Below are positions 16,792-26,858 of a DNA stretch of 64,000 nt, piece by piece. Where the stretch lies: NCBI GenBank assembly GCA_903822075.1, contig CAIJNK010000021.1, positions 13,112-77,111 of the forward strand. Reading direction: 5' to 3'. Positions within the stretch are counted from its first letter, which is position 1. Every line of letters starts with the position of its first letter. The notes beneath the pieces were generated by a model. That model was not told the DNA's origin. It worked only from the letters and a program-made list of their open reading frames with translations, and did not search any database. The position numbers were made by a program, and so were the translations under genes. Source of the DNA: an uncultured bacterium. Lineage in GTDB: Bacteria > Patescibacteriota > Minisyncoccia > Phycocordibacterales > GWA1-40-21.

Positions 16792-17775
16792 CTATCTAAC
16801 ACATTTTGTTGTATAACTGTTTCCTTTAACTGCCCATTCGGTTATTTGATTTGTAAAATATCTAACATGGACATCGTAACCACAGTCATGACAATATGAC
16901 CAATCTCCGCTTTCCGATGTCCAAAAGCTTGTATCATGAAATCCCCACGGATTTCCCCAGGCATCCCACGTTAGCCCTCCAGCGATAGTTTCGTTTACCG
17001 TCGGGGTCCTCCAACCAATACTTGCGCAATAACTCTGTGCGTTATCCCAAGTTTGAATTGTTTCTTGGGCTTGAGTCTGCCAAACTATAGAACAACTTTG
17101 GGAATCCGTCATGGTTGCGTTTCCGGTACATGGCTGATTAGTAGCCGTCAGAGTTCTAGATTTTGTACCGGCAGGCATACAAATGCCCCAAGCAGGGTTA
17201 TCATAAACACAAGCTGGTCCAACGGGTGCCACATTAACACTTCCCTTTATCACCTGTTCGATCTTTCTTTCCACTCGGTCTCCACTATCTGAATCGTGAC
17301 CGACGGATGAAATAGTGGTCTTCAAATATTGGCTCTGCAAACCACGGTTAAATATTTCCTTGGTAAAGGTGACCTCAAAGTTCTGATCGCCAGCAGTAAT
17401 AAACATTTTGGGTATATCAACTTGGACCTTAGTAGAGACAAGTGGGGTAGCGCCGTCAAAGTTACCGGTCACCTGTATTGATCCAGAATTTCCACAATTA
17501 ATGGTCCCGGGGGTACTTACCGCCTTAAAAAAGGAAGATGGTATTTGTCCTCTTTTTTCATCCCAATACTTTATGCATTCCAAACCGCTATCAGCCGCGT
17601 AAAAAGCTTGGACCGAAAGCTGATTTGCCTTGGAGATAGCCATTTCTTTTAAGGTAATACTAAAAATAGAAAGCCCGATGGTCAATAGAAGGCTGGAAAC
17701 CAGAACGGAAAAAAGCAGAGCAAAACCTTGTTTGCGGAAGGAAACAAAAAACTTTTTTTGAAAATCTTTAATCAT
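16792..17775 (-). CDS. PilX-like minor pilin with Cys-rich module and C-terminal DUF1566/C-type-lectin-like domain
   Basis: KQG|FALLFS prepilin site without Glu5, AFYAADSGLEC, C-terminal TWDNAQSYC..GWRTPT..FWTS..KCVR. Confidence 0.8.
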   Translation of the reverse strand: MIKDFQKKFFVSFRKQGFALLFSVLVSSLLLTIGLSIFSITLKEMAISKANQLSVQAFYAADSGLECIKYWDEKRGQIPSSFFKAVSTPGTINCGNSGSIQVTGNFDGATPLVSTKVQVDIPKMFITAGDQNFEVTFTKEIFNRGLQSQYLKTTISSVGHDSDSGDRVERKIEQVIKGSVNVAPVGPACVYDNPAWGICMPAGTKSRTLTATNQPCTGNATMTDSQSCSIVWQTQAQETIQTWDNAQSYCASIGWRTPTVNETIAGGLTWDAWGNPWGFHDTSFWTSESGDWSYCHDCGYDVHVRYFTNQITEWAVKGNSYTTKCVR

Positions 17776-17776
17776 T

Positions 17777-18346
17777 TTAAATTGGGTCCACCCGATAGGT
17801 GTCATAGATCAGATCCTTAACCGTTATTACATTTCCAGTCCCCCCCCAACTTACTTGGACGGTGATTAATGCTTCGTCCGCATTTGTCCCGTAGGGATTT
17901 TTTAAGATATTAACCTTCCGGACAAAATCAGTTGGTGTCCCGCCGGCGGCATAATCATATAAATAACTGCTGTTATCGACTGATAATGGAGTGGTTACGC
18001 CGGCATATATCGTGCCTCCATTTGGTGGATTAATTGTATCCACTCGGCACCAATTTGAATTTAAGCACTGATCGAGGCCATCAAGCCAACCGACACCATC
18101 ATCTGTTCTGGCGGCTATTACATTCACGTCTTTTTTATTCTTAATAAATTCTATGGCATCCTGTGCTAAATAAGAGGCGACCATCTGGCTCTTGGTATAA
18201 ACCGCCGAGGTAAGGCCTTTCTGGGCAATAGTAATTGGCGTGACAACGGCCACCATCAAAATAGATATGGCTACCAAAGCCTCGAGCAGGGTAAAGCCTT
18301 TTATAGATAATGACTGAGTATTTTTATTTCGTCTTAATTTAAGCAT
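17777..18346 (-). CDS. Minor pilin, PilV-like
   Basis: KG|FTLLEALVA, ASYLAQDAIE, ITVQVSW. Confidence 0.85.
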   Translation of the reverse strand: MLKLRRNKNTQSLSIKGFTLLEALVAISILMVAVVTPITIAQKGLTSAVYTKSQMVASYLAQDAIEFIKNKKDVNVIAARTDDGVGWLDGLDQCLNSNWCRVDTINPPNGGTIYAGVTTPLSVDNSSYLYDYAAGGTPTDFVRKVNILKNPYGTNADEALITVQVSWGGTGNVITVKDLIYDTYRVDPI

Positions 18347-18350
18347 GATA

Positions 18351-18965
18351 TTATTGACGATATTCTCTTTGAGAAATACTGGTCTGCAGATTAAAATCAG
18401 TTTTAATTTTTTCCTTTACCCCCGCTTCACCTTGAATTGAGATAACCATCCGAGGCTGTTGCGCCAAACTGGTCACCCCAATGATATAAAACTTTGAGCT
18501 GGGGGCGATTACTACCTCGGCCGAAGTTATCGGATTAAAGGCTGAAGGATTTGAATATGAACAGGTAACCCCACCTACCTCCAGGCATAATTTTATCTTA
18601 TTCCCCTCGAATTTATAATAAGCATATTTTTTCAAACCAGTAGGATCTGAGACATCAACCGGATCAGCTCTCTGTGACCGGTATTTGATAATATTTCCAC
18701 CACCCGGGCAATCGGTACTCGTAGGTTCACCATTGTTTCCACAATTATAATCCGATCCCAATCTCATATCTTTGGAAATACCCTCAATGGCGAAACTGAG
18801 ATTATTAATAGCGGTCTTGATTGATCGGGCCTTACTATTGGCATCAATAACGTTCATCAGGGCCCCCATGGCGGCCGTCATCACAATAGTAAAAACTGCA
18901 GTTGCCACTAAGAGCTCAATTATCGTAAAACCTGATTTAGTCTTATTTTTGAAAAAATACTTCAT
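18351..18965 (-). CDS. Minor pilin, PilW-like
   Basis: SG|FTIIELLVA, ISKDMR, LQTSISQR. Confidence 0.85.
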   Translation of the reverse strand: MKYFFKNKTKSGFTIIELLVATAVFTIVMTAAMGALMNVIDANSKARSIKTAINNLSFAIEGISKDMRLGSDYNCGNNGEPTSTDCPGGGNIIKYRSQRADPVDVSDPTGLKKYAYYKFEGNKIKLCLEVGGVTCSYSNPSAFNPITSAEVVIAPSSKFYIIGVTSLAQQPRMVISIQGEAGVKEKIKTDFNLQTSISQREYRQ

Positions 18966-18968
18966 GGT

Positions 18969-19649
18969 TTAATTCAAAATCTCGATCAGACCGTTAGACC
19001 TGACTCGCACCTTCCTGATATTACCATCGGGGTTACCCAAGATTATGGTTGCGATTCCGACGGAAGACACAGTAGTACTGTCATTAAACCTGATCTGGGC
19101 GTCCGGGTTTGGCCGCTTGAAAACAACATCTAAACTGCTCTTGCTGGTATCTGGACTAGTTGAACAAGCTTTCTGCGTAACGTCCAACTCTTCCTCGCAA
19201 ATCTGCTTGATGTAATTTCCCCTTTTAATACTATACCTGCTCACGCACCCTTTCTCAATCTGACAAATTGACGGATCAATGGTAGCTAGGGTGTTCTTAC
19301 CATAACGGCCGTCGTTACCTTCAGTACTGGAAGAATAAGTCAGGTCGGCAAAAAGAATGAACGACTTTGGAGAACTTGTGGCAAAGTGAACTCCATAAGG
19401 CACAAAGTTTCCGGTATCGCCGGAGGCCCCGGTATTAAACTCCTTGATGTTTATACCGTACATCTGAGCTTGCCTTACTGTCAAAGCTGTATCATATGCC
19501 AAATCGGTAAGTAGGATAGTACTGTTGAACTTTGACTGATTAAAAAGAACCACCCCAGTTAAGATGGTAAAAATCGAGAGGGTAACCAGAAGCTCAACCA
19601 AGGTAAAACCTATACTATTATTTTTGAAATTTCTTTTTACCTGAAGCAT
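18969..19649 (-). CDS. Minor pilin, FimT/FimU-like
   Basis: G|FTLVELLV, VRQAQ, YGVHF, C-terminal V.SNGLI. Confidence 0.85.
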   Translation of the reverse strand: MLQVKRNFKNNSIGFTLVELLVTLSIFTILTGVVLFNQSKFNSTILLTDLAYDTALTVRQAQMYGINIKEFNTGASGDTGNFVPYGVHFATSSPKSFILFADLTYSSSTEGNDGRYGKNTLATIDPSICQIEKGCVSRYSIKRGNYIKQICEEELDVTQKACSTSPDTSKSSLDVVFKRPNPDAQIRFNDSTTVSSVGIATIILGNPDGNIRKVRVRSNGLIEILN

Positions 19650-19677
19650 ACGTAAATATTATAGCATGTATACCATT

Positions 19678-20511
19678 TTATTGTATCAAAAAACCAAGAT
19701 TTAAAACATCGATGTTAAAGAAAAAAACCAATAAGAAACCGAGAATAAGAAAGGGGGCAAAAGGCACTTCTGTCTGACCGTTTATTTTTAAACCGTGCCA
19801 ACTAAATTTGGATAAAACCATCAAAATAACGCCGTAGATTGCTCCGGTCCAAAAGGCTAAAATAACGGCCGACAAACCCATAATCGGTCCTAGGAACCAG
19901 CCGATACCCAACACCAGCTTAGGGTCACCTAGACCCATCCATCGGCCGCGAGAGACGAGCCAGATAAGAAAAAGAGGAAAAGCCAGCATTGGGCCGGCTG
20001 CCAGATACCAAATCAGATGGGTTTTGATTTCAGTGGGAACACCCGCCATTAAAAAGAAGTCCGCCATAATCTTGAATAGACCCAGAAGTCCAAGAGTAAT
20101 AACTAGACCGTCGGGGATGATTTTATGTTTGATATCATAAACCGCAATACAAACTAGAGTTGCCATAGCCACTAAATAGATGAGAATATACCAGGAATCG
20201 AAATACAAACCAATTAAACCCGAATATTTTAGAAAAACACCTACAAACAGAAGTCCGGTTATACTTTCAACTACCGGGTATTGCCAGGATATCTTACTCT
20301 GACAACCACGGCATTTACCCCGCTGCAAAATAAAACTCAAGACCGGAAATAGCTCCAGTGGCCCGAGCTTTTTGCCGCAAGAAAAACAGAACGACCGTCC
20401 TTTTGTGGCGGAGACGCCGGTGTTATAGCGTAAAACAAGAACATTCAGAAAACTGCCAATAATGGTGCCAAAAATAAAAACCAAGATGTAAAAAATTATT
20501 TCGGTAGTCAT
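19678..20511 (-). CDS. pilD: Prepilin peptidase
   Basis: GSFLNV, RSFCFSC, GKCRGC, YDIKHKIIPD, MGLGDPKL, PFAPFL. Confidence 0.96.
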   Translation of the reverse strand: MTTEIIFYILVFIFGTIIGSFLNVLVLRYNTGVSATKGRSFCFSCGKKLGPLELFPVLSFILQRGKCRGCQSKISWQYPVVESITGLLFVGVFLKYSGLIGLYFDSWYILIYLVAMATLVCIAVYDIKHKIIPDGLVITLGLLGLFKIMADFFLMAGVPTEIKTHLIWYLAAGPMLAFPLFLIWLVSRGRWMGLGDPKLVLGIGWFLGPIMGLSAVILAFWTGAIYGVILMVLSKFSWHGLKINGQTEVPFAPFLILGFLLVFFFNIDVLNLGFLIQ

Positions 20512-20517
20512 GTTTAT

Positions 20518-21000
20518 CTATGGGTGAACGTTAAAGTTTTTTGTACCAGCTACAAGACCGGGGCCGGAATAACCAACATCGCAATAACTATAGCCATTAG
20601 AAATACTGCCTGGGGCTGAAGAGAAAGTATCGGCCGCATCAATTTGGGCGCTAGTTAATTCCAAAGTCGTCCCTAAGTGATAATAGACGCATTTAGGACT
20701 GCCAGCTCTTTTTAGAGGGATGTAAGTATACTGCGTGCCGTCTGGAGAAACTAAAGAATCGGCCGTTGTGTACTTAGGAACGAGTTCCTGGAGGGTCAAG
20801 GGGTACCCTTGAGTTGAAGTGGCTTGGCCACTGTAAAGTGACAAGCCAAGCTGGATATTGGTAATATCCGAAATTCTTTCCGTGTCGCGATTTTTCTTTC
20901 GAATATCATTCATCGAGGGTAAAATAAGGGTCGTTAAAATGGCAATGATAGCAATCACTATCAACACCTCCGCGATGGTAAAGCCAGACTTGATTTTCAT
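20518..21000 (-). CDS. Type IV pilin / GspG-like
   Basis: SG|FTIAEVLIVIAII, RDTERISD. Confidence 0.88.
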   Translation of the reverse strand: MKIKSGFTIAEVLIVIAIIAILTTLILPSMNDIRKKNRDTERISDITNIQLGLSLYSGQATSTQGYPLTLQELVPKYTTADSLVSPDGTQYTYIPLKRAGSPKCVYYHLGTTLELTSAQIDAADTFSSAPGSISNGYSYCDVGYSGPGLVAGTKNFNVHP

Positions 21001-21039
21001 GGGTTCATTATAGCAATTAAACTTTAAAAAGAGAAATAG

Positions 21040-21483
21040 CTACTGACAAGAACCGTCGTTTCCGGCAATGCTGGAAGTAGAATTACCCTCAAAATCGATG
21101 CACCAACCCCCTCCTCCCTGGAGAGTAGCCGAAACAGCATAAGTACTAGTTCCGACCATACAGGTCGTGGTAGCGTTAAAACGTCCATTGAGCGCCGCCA
21201 ACTGGTTGATTATGTAGGTGTCAGACATCAGGCCTTCCGTGTTGGCGCAATTATCAACAATGGGGTCCCCGTCCACAAAGGAGGGGTAATAACCGTTGTT
21301 TTCATCACGATAAATCTGCGCCTGCGCTTGAATATTCTTTAACTCCCCCTTTATGGCCGCATCATTGCCTTTTATTCTGGCGGTATTCATACTAGCTAAG
21401 ACCACGGATGATAAAATACCAATGATGGCAATCACCACCAACAACTCGACCAATGTAAACCCGCTCCTTAACTTTGTAGACAT
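21040..21483 (-). CDS. Type IV pilin
   Basis: SG|FTLVELLVVIAIIGILSSVVLAS. Confidence 0.92.
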   Translation of the reverse strand: MSTKLRSGFTLVELLVVIAIIGILSSVVLASMNTARIKGNDAAIKGELKNIQAQAQIYRDENNGYYPSFVDGDPIVDNCANTEGLMSDTYIINQLAALNGRFNATTTCMVGTSTYAVSATLQGGGGWCIDFEGNSTSSIAGNDGSCQ

Positions 21484-21557
21484 ATCTTGTTTTTACAAGT
21501 TAACATATATAAATATATTATAGCACATTCATATTATGACACCAAAAAATTTAGCAA

Positions 21558-21592
21558 CAAAATAGCCTGCTCAAGGCAGACTACTTTGCTTA
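21558..21592 (-). terminator. Terminator after the putative major pilin
   Basis: caaa-a-tag-c-ctgc / gcag-a-cta-c-tttg imperfect stem. Confidence 0.55.
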
Positions 21593-21622
21593 AACCAAAA
21601 TTGGCTTAACTAAACCTCGACT

Positions 21623-22033
21623 TTAAATACAACCGGATGAGCCAATGTTTGATACGCTACCTGTTGTTGTCGAAACACCATTACCGTCAGTACAGAAGTA
21701 GTTGGCGCTGTTTGCAACAAGCTTTGAAGCAGCTGCCCAACCAGAAGAAGAAGCAGAAGTGGAAATGGATGTTCCACCGGAACTTATAATACCGTTCATT
21801 ATTCTAACAACTGTTGGATCAGCAAACATACCAACGTAGGTTGGGGTTGACTGGTTATCATAATACAAAGCAGCTTGAGCTTTGAGGCTTCCGAGCTGTG
21901 ACTTGATAGCTGCATCCTGACCCTTGGCTCTGGCGGTGTTCAATGATGCCAAGACAACTGACGAAAGAATACCGATAATTGCGATAACGACGAGAAGTTC
22001 TATAAGTGTAAAACCTCTATTTGATTTTGTCAT
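21623..22033 (-). CDS. Type IV pilin, probable major pilin
   Basis: RG|FTLIELLVVIAIIGILSSVVLAS; own promoter, long leader and terminator. Confidence 0.92.
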   Translation of the reverse strand: MTKSNRGFTLIELLVVIAIIGILSSVVLASLNTARAKGQDAAIKSQLGSLKAQAALYYDNQSTPTYVGMFADPTVVRIMNGIISSGGTSISTSASSSGWAAASKLVANSANYFCTDGNGVSTTTGSVSNIGSSGCI

Positions 22034-22214
22034 AATTAATTTTTAAACTTTTTACTCTCCTAATTTTTATTTTATAAAAATTTAGATGAGTGAATTAAAA
22101 CCTTATAAATTCCAAATTATTTTTGACTCATTTTATCACTTTACGTAAGAGTGACAAGAAGAGATCGACCAAAAACTTTTTGGGAAGCTAAAATAAAATG
22201 ATTAGCCTACGTTT

Positions 22215-22223
22215 ATTATAGCA
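22215..22223 (-). promoter_or_regulatory. Extended -10 promoter (TGcTATAAT) for the pilin
   Basis: attatagca on the + strand, about 180 nt upstream of the pilin ATG. Confidence 0.6.
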
Positions 22224-22377
22224 CATAACGAATTGTCAACAACACAGGGGTGTGGAAAACTATCATCCTTCAGGGTTCAGGTTATTTTCCGTTACTGTTT
22301 ATGTCAAAATTTACTAATTTCGCAGTATAGTTCACGTCTAAATCTGCTGATTTCGACGTAAATTTTACGCTTAAAAT

Positions 22378-23583
22378 TTACATTGCGCCGGAAATATTGT
22401 AAATAGGGATAAGAACGGAAGCCAGAAGGAAGGCTACGCCAAAACCCAAAAAGACGATCATTACCGGCTCAATTAAAGCCACGAGTGTATCAATGGCAGT
22501 AATAACCTCTCGGCGATAGAACAAGGCCAGAGTTTTTAAAATATTCCCCAACTGGCCAGTTTCTTCTCCAATCTTGATCATGGCGACAAATATACCCGGT
22601 ATTTCACCAGACTTCATCATGGCATCAGAAATAGAGCTGCCGGATTTTACGTCCTCCATGGCTTGAAGCAAAACTTCCTCAAATATTTTATTATCCACCA
22701 CCTTGGAAGTCAGCTCCAGACCCCGGACAATTGGGATTCCGGACATAAGCATTACATTCATATTGTCGGCAATTCTCGAAAGATACAGTTTACGATATAG
22801 GATCTGCACTATTGGAGTAGATATTTTTAATTGGTCAAAGGCTCGGCCACCAGCTTCAGTACGAATATAGCGCCAAAGGAAAAAACCACCAACAATCACT
22901 AGGATAAGCAGGAAGATTCCATAATCAACAAAAAACTTTGAGAGATTGATAATTATTTGGGTATAAATCGGCAAGCCTTGCCCTGCATCAGTTAAAATAG
23001 CACCAATTTTAGGAATAACAACAGTCAACATCAAGACCATCACGACAATAAAAGTAAAAATAATGAAGGCCGGATAGAACAAAGCGCCCTTAACCTTGGA
23101 AGTTACCTCATGTGTTCGGTCCAAATAATCTGCCAAATAGAGCAAGGTTTGATCCAGTTTTCCTGATTCCTCGCCAGATTTAACCATATTGACGTAAAAA
23201 TCTGAGAATAAAACCGGGTGTTTAGCTAAGGCTTCCGAGATAGTGTTACCGGCTTGTAGGTCGGTGGCAATCTCATTAAGCTCTCTTCTCATTATAGGTT
23301 TTTCCGACTGACTAGCCAAAAGCTCAAACACTCTCAAGGCGGATACTTGGGCCTCAAAGAGAGTGGACATCTGTCTTGACAACACCACTAAATCTTTACT
23401 GGAGACTTTTTCAAAAAAGGAGATTCTTTTTTCAAAAAAAGATCCTTCCTCCAACGGATCAATACTGGAGAGGACCAAACCTCTCTTTTGCAAAGAATTT
23501 ATCGCGACTTCCAAACTGACGGCCTCAATGGTGCCTTCCTTCTGATTTGCCGATTGATCTATCGCCTTATATTTAAAAATCAT
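22378..23583 (-). CDS. pilC: Type IV pilus platform protein (GspF family)
   Basis: GEESGKL, ALFYPA, GEETGQL, LIEP. Confidence 0.95.
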   Translation of the reverse strand: MIFKYKAIDQSANQKEGTIEAVSLEVAINSLQKRGLVLSSIDPLEEGSFFEKRISFFEKVSSKDLVVLSRQMSTLFEAQVSALRVFELLASQSEKPIMRRELNEIATDLQAGNTISEALAKHPVLFSDFYVNMVKSGEESGKLDQTLLYLADYLDRTHEVTSKVKGALFYPAFIIFTFIVVMVLMLTVVIPKIGAILTDAGQGLPIYTQIIINLSKFFVDYGIFLLILVIVGGFFLWRYIRTEAGGRAFDQLKISTPIVQILYRKLYLSRIADNMNVMLMSGIPIVRGLELTSKVVDNKIFEEVLLQAMEDVKSGSSISDAMMKSGEIPGIFVAMIKIGEETGQLGNILKTLALFYRREVITAIDTLVALIEPVMIVFLGFGVAFLLASVLIPIYNISGAM

Positions 23584-23588
23584 GTTTT

Positions 23589-24650
23589 TTACAATAACCT
23601 TTCGAGACTCTTTGGATTGAAGGAAAAATGATAAGCGTTTTCAATGGTAATTTCACCTCTAGACACCAAATCGGCCAAACAACGGTTCATATCCACCATT
23701 CCCTCTTGCGAACTGGTCTCAATCACCGTATTTATTTCGTGCGTCCTCTTCTCTCTAATTAAATTTGAGACTGCACTGTTATTTATCAATAACTCATAGG
23801 CTGGGACAAGGCCACCCGATATTCTCGGGACCAGGCGTTGAGAAAAAATCCCATTCAAGCTGTTTGATAACTGATTACGAATCTGATCCTGTTGATTACC
23901 CGGAAAGGAATCGATGATTCTATCAATAGTCTGCGCGGCACTATTTGTATGAAGAGTAGAGAAAACTAAGTGCCCAGTCTCGCCAGCAGTAACGGCAGTG
24001 GAAATAGTTTCCAGCCCGCGCATTTCGCCAATCAAAACTACGTCCACGTCTTCTCGAAACATACTGCGTAAAGCGTTTGGAAAATCGACAGTGTCAATCC
24101 GTACTTCCCTCTGGTCAATCACCGATCGTTTCTGCTCATAAAGATATTCGATAGGATCTTCAATTGTTAAGATATGTTCGGCTCGGGTGGAATTAACATA
24201 ATCGATCATCGAAGCTAGAGTGGTACTCTTGCCGTGACCAACCGGACCGACAACGAGAAAAAAACCCTGCTGTTTTTCCGCAAAAGTCTTCAAGATGTCG
24301 GGTAGATTAAGTTCTTCAATTGTCCTTATCTTCTTTGGCACCAAGCGAAGAGCGATCGAAATAGCCCCCTGCTGAAAATAAGCGTTGCCTCGAAAACGAA
24401 AATCTTCAAAGCCGTAGGAGAAATCTATTTCTTTGGTGCTGTTAAAAATTTCCATGTTCTTTTCAGATAAAAGAAGATTCAAGAAGCCGGCCGTATCTTC
24501 TTTGGTCAAAACTGTGTGTTTAATCAAAGGCAAAAGCATACCGGATATTCTAATTGTCGGATGTCTTCCTTCTGACATATGAAGATCTGACGCTCCTTCA
24601 TTGACCACCGACCTCATCAGATCTTTTAAAACTGTGTTATAATCCGTCAT
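23589..24650 (-). CDS. pilT: Pilus retraction ATPase
   Basis: GASDLH, GPVGHGKSTT, TIEDPIE, ETGHLVFSTLHT. Confidence 0.95.
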   Translation of the reverse strand: MTDYNTVLKDLMRSVVNEGASDLHMSEGRHPTIRISGMLLPLIKHTVLTKEDTAGFLNLLLSEKNMEIFNSTKEIDFSYGFEDFRFRGNAYFQQGAISIALRLVPKKIRTIEELNLPDILKTFAEKQQGFFLVVGPVGHGKSTTLASMIDYVNSTRAEHILTIEDPIEYLYEQKRSVIDQREVRIDTVDFPNALRSMFREDVDVVLIGEMRGLETISTAVTAGETGHLVFSTLHTNSAAQTIDRIIDSFPGNQQDQIRNQLSNSLNGIFSQRLVPRISGGLVPAYELLINNSAVSNLIREKRTHEINTVIETSSQEGMVDMNRCLADLVSRGEITIENAYHFSFNPKSLERLL

Positions 24651-24654
24651 ATTT

Positions 24655-25062
24655 TTATTGCTTAACCTCAGTCTTTTTTTGCAAATTATAAATCCTCTCT
24701 ACTTCTTCCACTACCTCAGAAGGAATAGTGGTGGCCTTGATTATATAACCGTTGATACCAAAGCTCTTAGCTTTTTCAATATCCGCCAATTGACCTTGGT
24801 TGGTCAGCATAATAATCATTGCATTCGGAACAAGGTTGTTCTTTTTAAGATTATCCAATATTTCAAAACCGTCCATTCCCGGCATAACAATATCCAGTAA
24901 GACTATATCCGGGGCATAACCTTCTTTGATCTTGCCTAAAGCTTCTTCACCAGATGAAGCAGAATTTACTTCAAAACCATTCTTGCTGAATTTTATAGAA
25001 TACATGTTCAACAGAAACTTATCGTCATCAATAATCAAAACTTTTGGTAATTTATTTTCCAT
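24655..25062 (-). CDS. Single-domain response regulator within the pilus operon
   Basis: LIIDDD, LLDIVMPGMDG, MLTN, YIIKA. Confidence 0.92.
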   Translation of the reverse strand: MENKLPKVLIIDDDKFLLNMYSIKFSKNGFEVNSASSGEEALGKIKEGYAPDIVLLDIVMPGMDGFEILDNLKKNNLVPNAMIIMLTNQGQLADIEKAKSFGINGYIIKATTIPSEVVEEVERIYNLQKKTEVKQ

Positions 25063-25101
25063 GGAAATATTATATCATAATAAAAAACTAATAAATACAA
25101 C

Positions 25102-26841
25102 CTAAACGTCTTCTTCCATCATACCCAAGGTGTCTATCTCGCCAAAAGGAACCTGTTTGTTTAACGCTTTGACAATAGCATCTTCTTTCATAACAAGCAT
25201 TCCTCGATTCCTGAGAGAATCATAAATACTCGTCTCAGTTGGATTTGTCAAAATAATCTTTTCAATTTCCTTGTTCATTTTAAAGGCCTCGAAGACAGCT
25301 ATACGGCCTTTGGTTCCGGTCGGACACTCCGGTGTTGATTCCGGCTCATAGACAAATTCAAATTTTGGTAGCTTGTTTTTATATTCTTCCGGTAGATCTC
25401 TGAATTGCTTATCAAACAAAGCCTTGATACTGCCCTCCACCGGTACCGGTTTCCCTGTGCCAGGATAAAGGGTTCGGATCAAACGTTGAGCCATAGTCAA
25501 AATAAGGGTCGGGGCAATCAAATAGGGATCCACCCCCATGTCAATAAGCCTTGGAATCACCCCCACGGCATTGTTAGTATGGATTGTTGCCAAAACCAAG
25601 TGACCGGTCAAAGCGGCTTGAATGGCCAATTGGGCTGTTTCCTTATCACGGATTTCTCCCACCATGATCACGTCTGGGTCCTGACGTAGGGTAGTTCTCA
25701 AACCGGTCGCAAATGTATAACCAATGTCGGGAAAAATCTGCGACTGAGAAACACCATCTATATTATATTCAATTGGGTCTTCCAAAGAGAGAACGTTCAG
25801 ACCCTCCTTATCTATTTCTTGAAGCATGGAATACATGGTGGTGGTTTTTCCGGAACCAGTCGGACCGGAAATCAGAATCATACCGTATGGTCGTTTAATG
25901 GCGTCACGAATATAGGCTAGGTTTGTATCCGACAGACCGATTTTATCCAAAGTCTGAATCCCTTTTTCTTGGTCCAAAATTCTCATCACGATTTTCTCGC
26001 CATAATAGGCGGGAAAAGTCGAGACACGAAAGTCAATTTTTCGACCGTCAATCTTAGCGGAAAAACGCCCGTCTTGCGGTTTTCTTTTTTCATCCAGCTT
26101 CATATTGGACAGGATTTTTATCCTAGCGATAACCGCCGAGTGTACGGCCACCGGTAAGAAGAGGCTGGTATTCAAGACCCCATCAACTCGGAATCTCACT
26201 CGAATTTTGTCTTTCATGTGTTCAATGTGGATATCTGAAGCTTCTCCTTCCGTCGCATAACGCAAGATAGTTGCAACAATTTTTGTTACCGGCGCATCCT
26301 CGACTATTTTTGTTTCCAGTGGATCCTCGTGAGAAGCATTCGAACTGATTTCTACGTTATCCACATCGTCCGATAACTCTGTCTCTAATTCGGTTAAAGC
26401 CTTAGTCACCTCGCCAGATAAACCCTTATAATCATCCATCACCTTTTCAAAGTCTGACATGGTAATCAAATAAAGCTTAAAGGGCATATTGATCTTGCTG
26501 GCAATAAAGTTCAGAGCATCCCGAGCGTCAATATTCTCGGGGTCAACAATACCCACTTCAAGTAAACCTTCTTTAATACCGATCGGGACAAAACTGTAAT
26601 GCATAGCGGAATCTTCTGAAATATTTTTCAGGATAGAAAAAGGTATCTGTTTACCTTCCAGATTTCTAGTGGGAATATTATAATACTCGCCTTTAGCATC
26701 CAAAATAGCGTCTTCATTGACTCCTCTTTTGATTAGAATTTGCTCCAAAGAAACTCCGGCGGACTCAGCCTCTGTTTTGATTCGGCCTACATCCCCTCGG
26801 TTAATTATCTCCTTTTGGGCTAATATGTCTAATATACTCAT
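25102..26841 (-). CDS. pilB: Pilus assembly ATPase (GspE/PilB)
   Basis: ASDIHIE, PQDGRF, GPTGSGKTTT, LRQDPDVIMVGEIRD. Confidence 0.96.
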   Translation of the reverse strand: MSILDILAQKEIINRGDVGRIKTEAESAGVSLEQILIKRGVNEDAILDAKGEYYNIPTRNLEGKQIPFSILKNISEDSAMHYSFVPIGIKEGLLEVGIVDPENIDARDALNFIASKINMPFKLYLITMSDFEKVMDDYKGLSGEVTKALTELETELSDDVDNVEISSNASHEDPLETKIVEDAPVTKIVATILRYATEGEASDIHIEHMKDKIRVRFRVDGVLNTSLFLPVAVHSAVIARIKILSNMKLDEKRKPQDGRFSAKIDGRKIDFRVSTFPAYYGEKIVMRILDQEKGIQTLDKIGLSDTNLAYIRDAIKRPYGMILISGPTGSGKTTTMYSMLQEIDKEGLNVLSLEDPIEYNIDGVSQSQIFPDIGYTFATGLRTTLRQDPDVIMVGEIRDKETAQLAIQAALTGHLVLATIHTNNAVGVIPRLIDMGVDPYLIAPTLILTMAQRLIRTLYPGTGKPVPVEGSIKALFDKQFRDLPEEYKNKLPKFEFVYEPESTPECPTGTKGRIAVFEAFKMNKEIEKIILTNPTETSIYDSLRNRGMLVMKEDAIVKALNKQVPFGEIDTLGMMEEDV

Positions 26842-26858
26842 ATGAAATTTCTCAAAAA

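Noticed and set aside
16792-16930. Complete DGR in the window
   Set aside because: No reverse transcriptase ORF and no template repeat found by eye; only a possible target is reported.
22034-22377. Possible replication origin (AT-rich gap, one DnaA-box-like tgtggaaaa)
   Set aside because: A single imperfect box and no dnaA/dnaN nearby; better explained as pilin promoter and leader.
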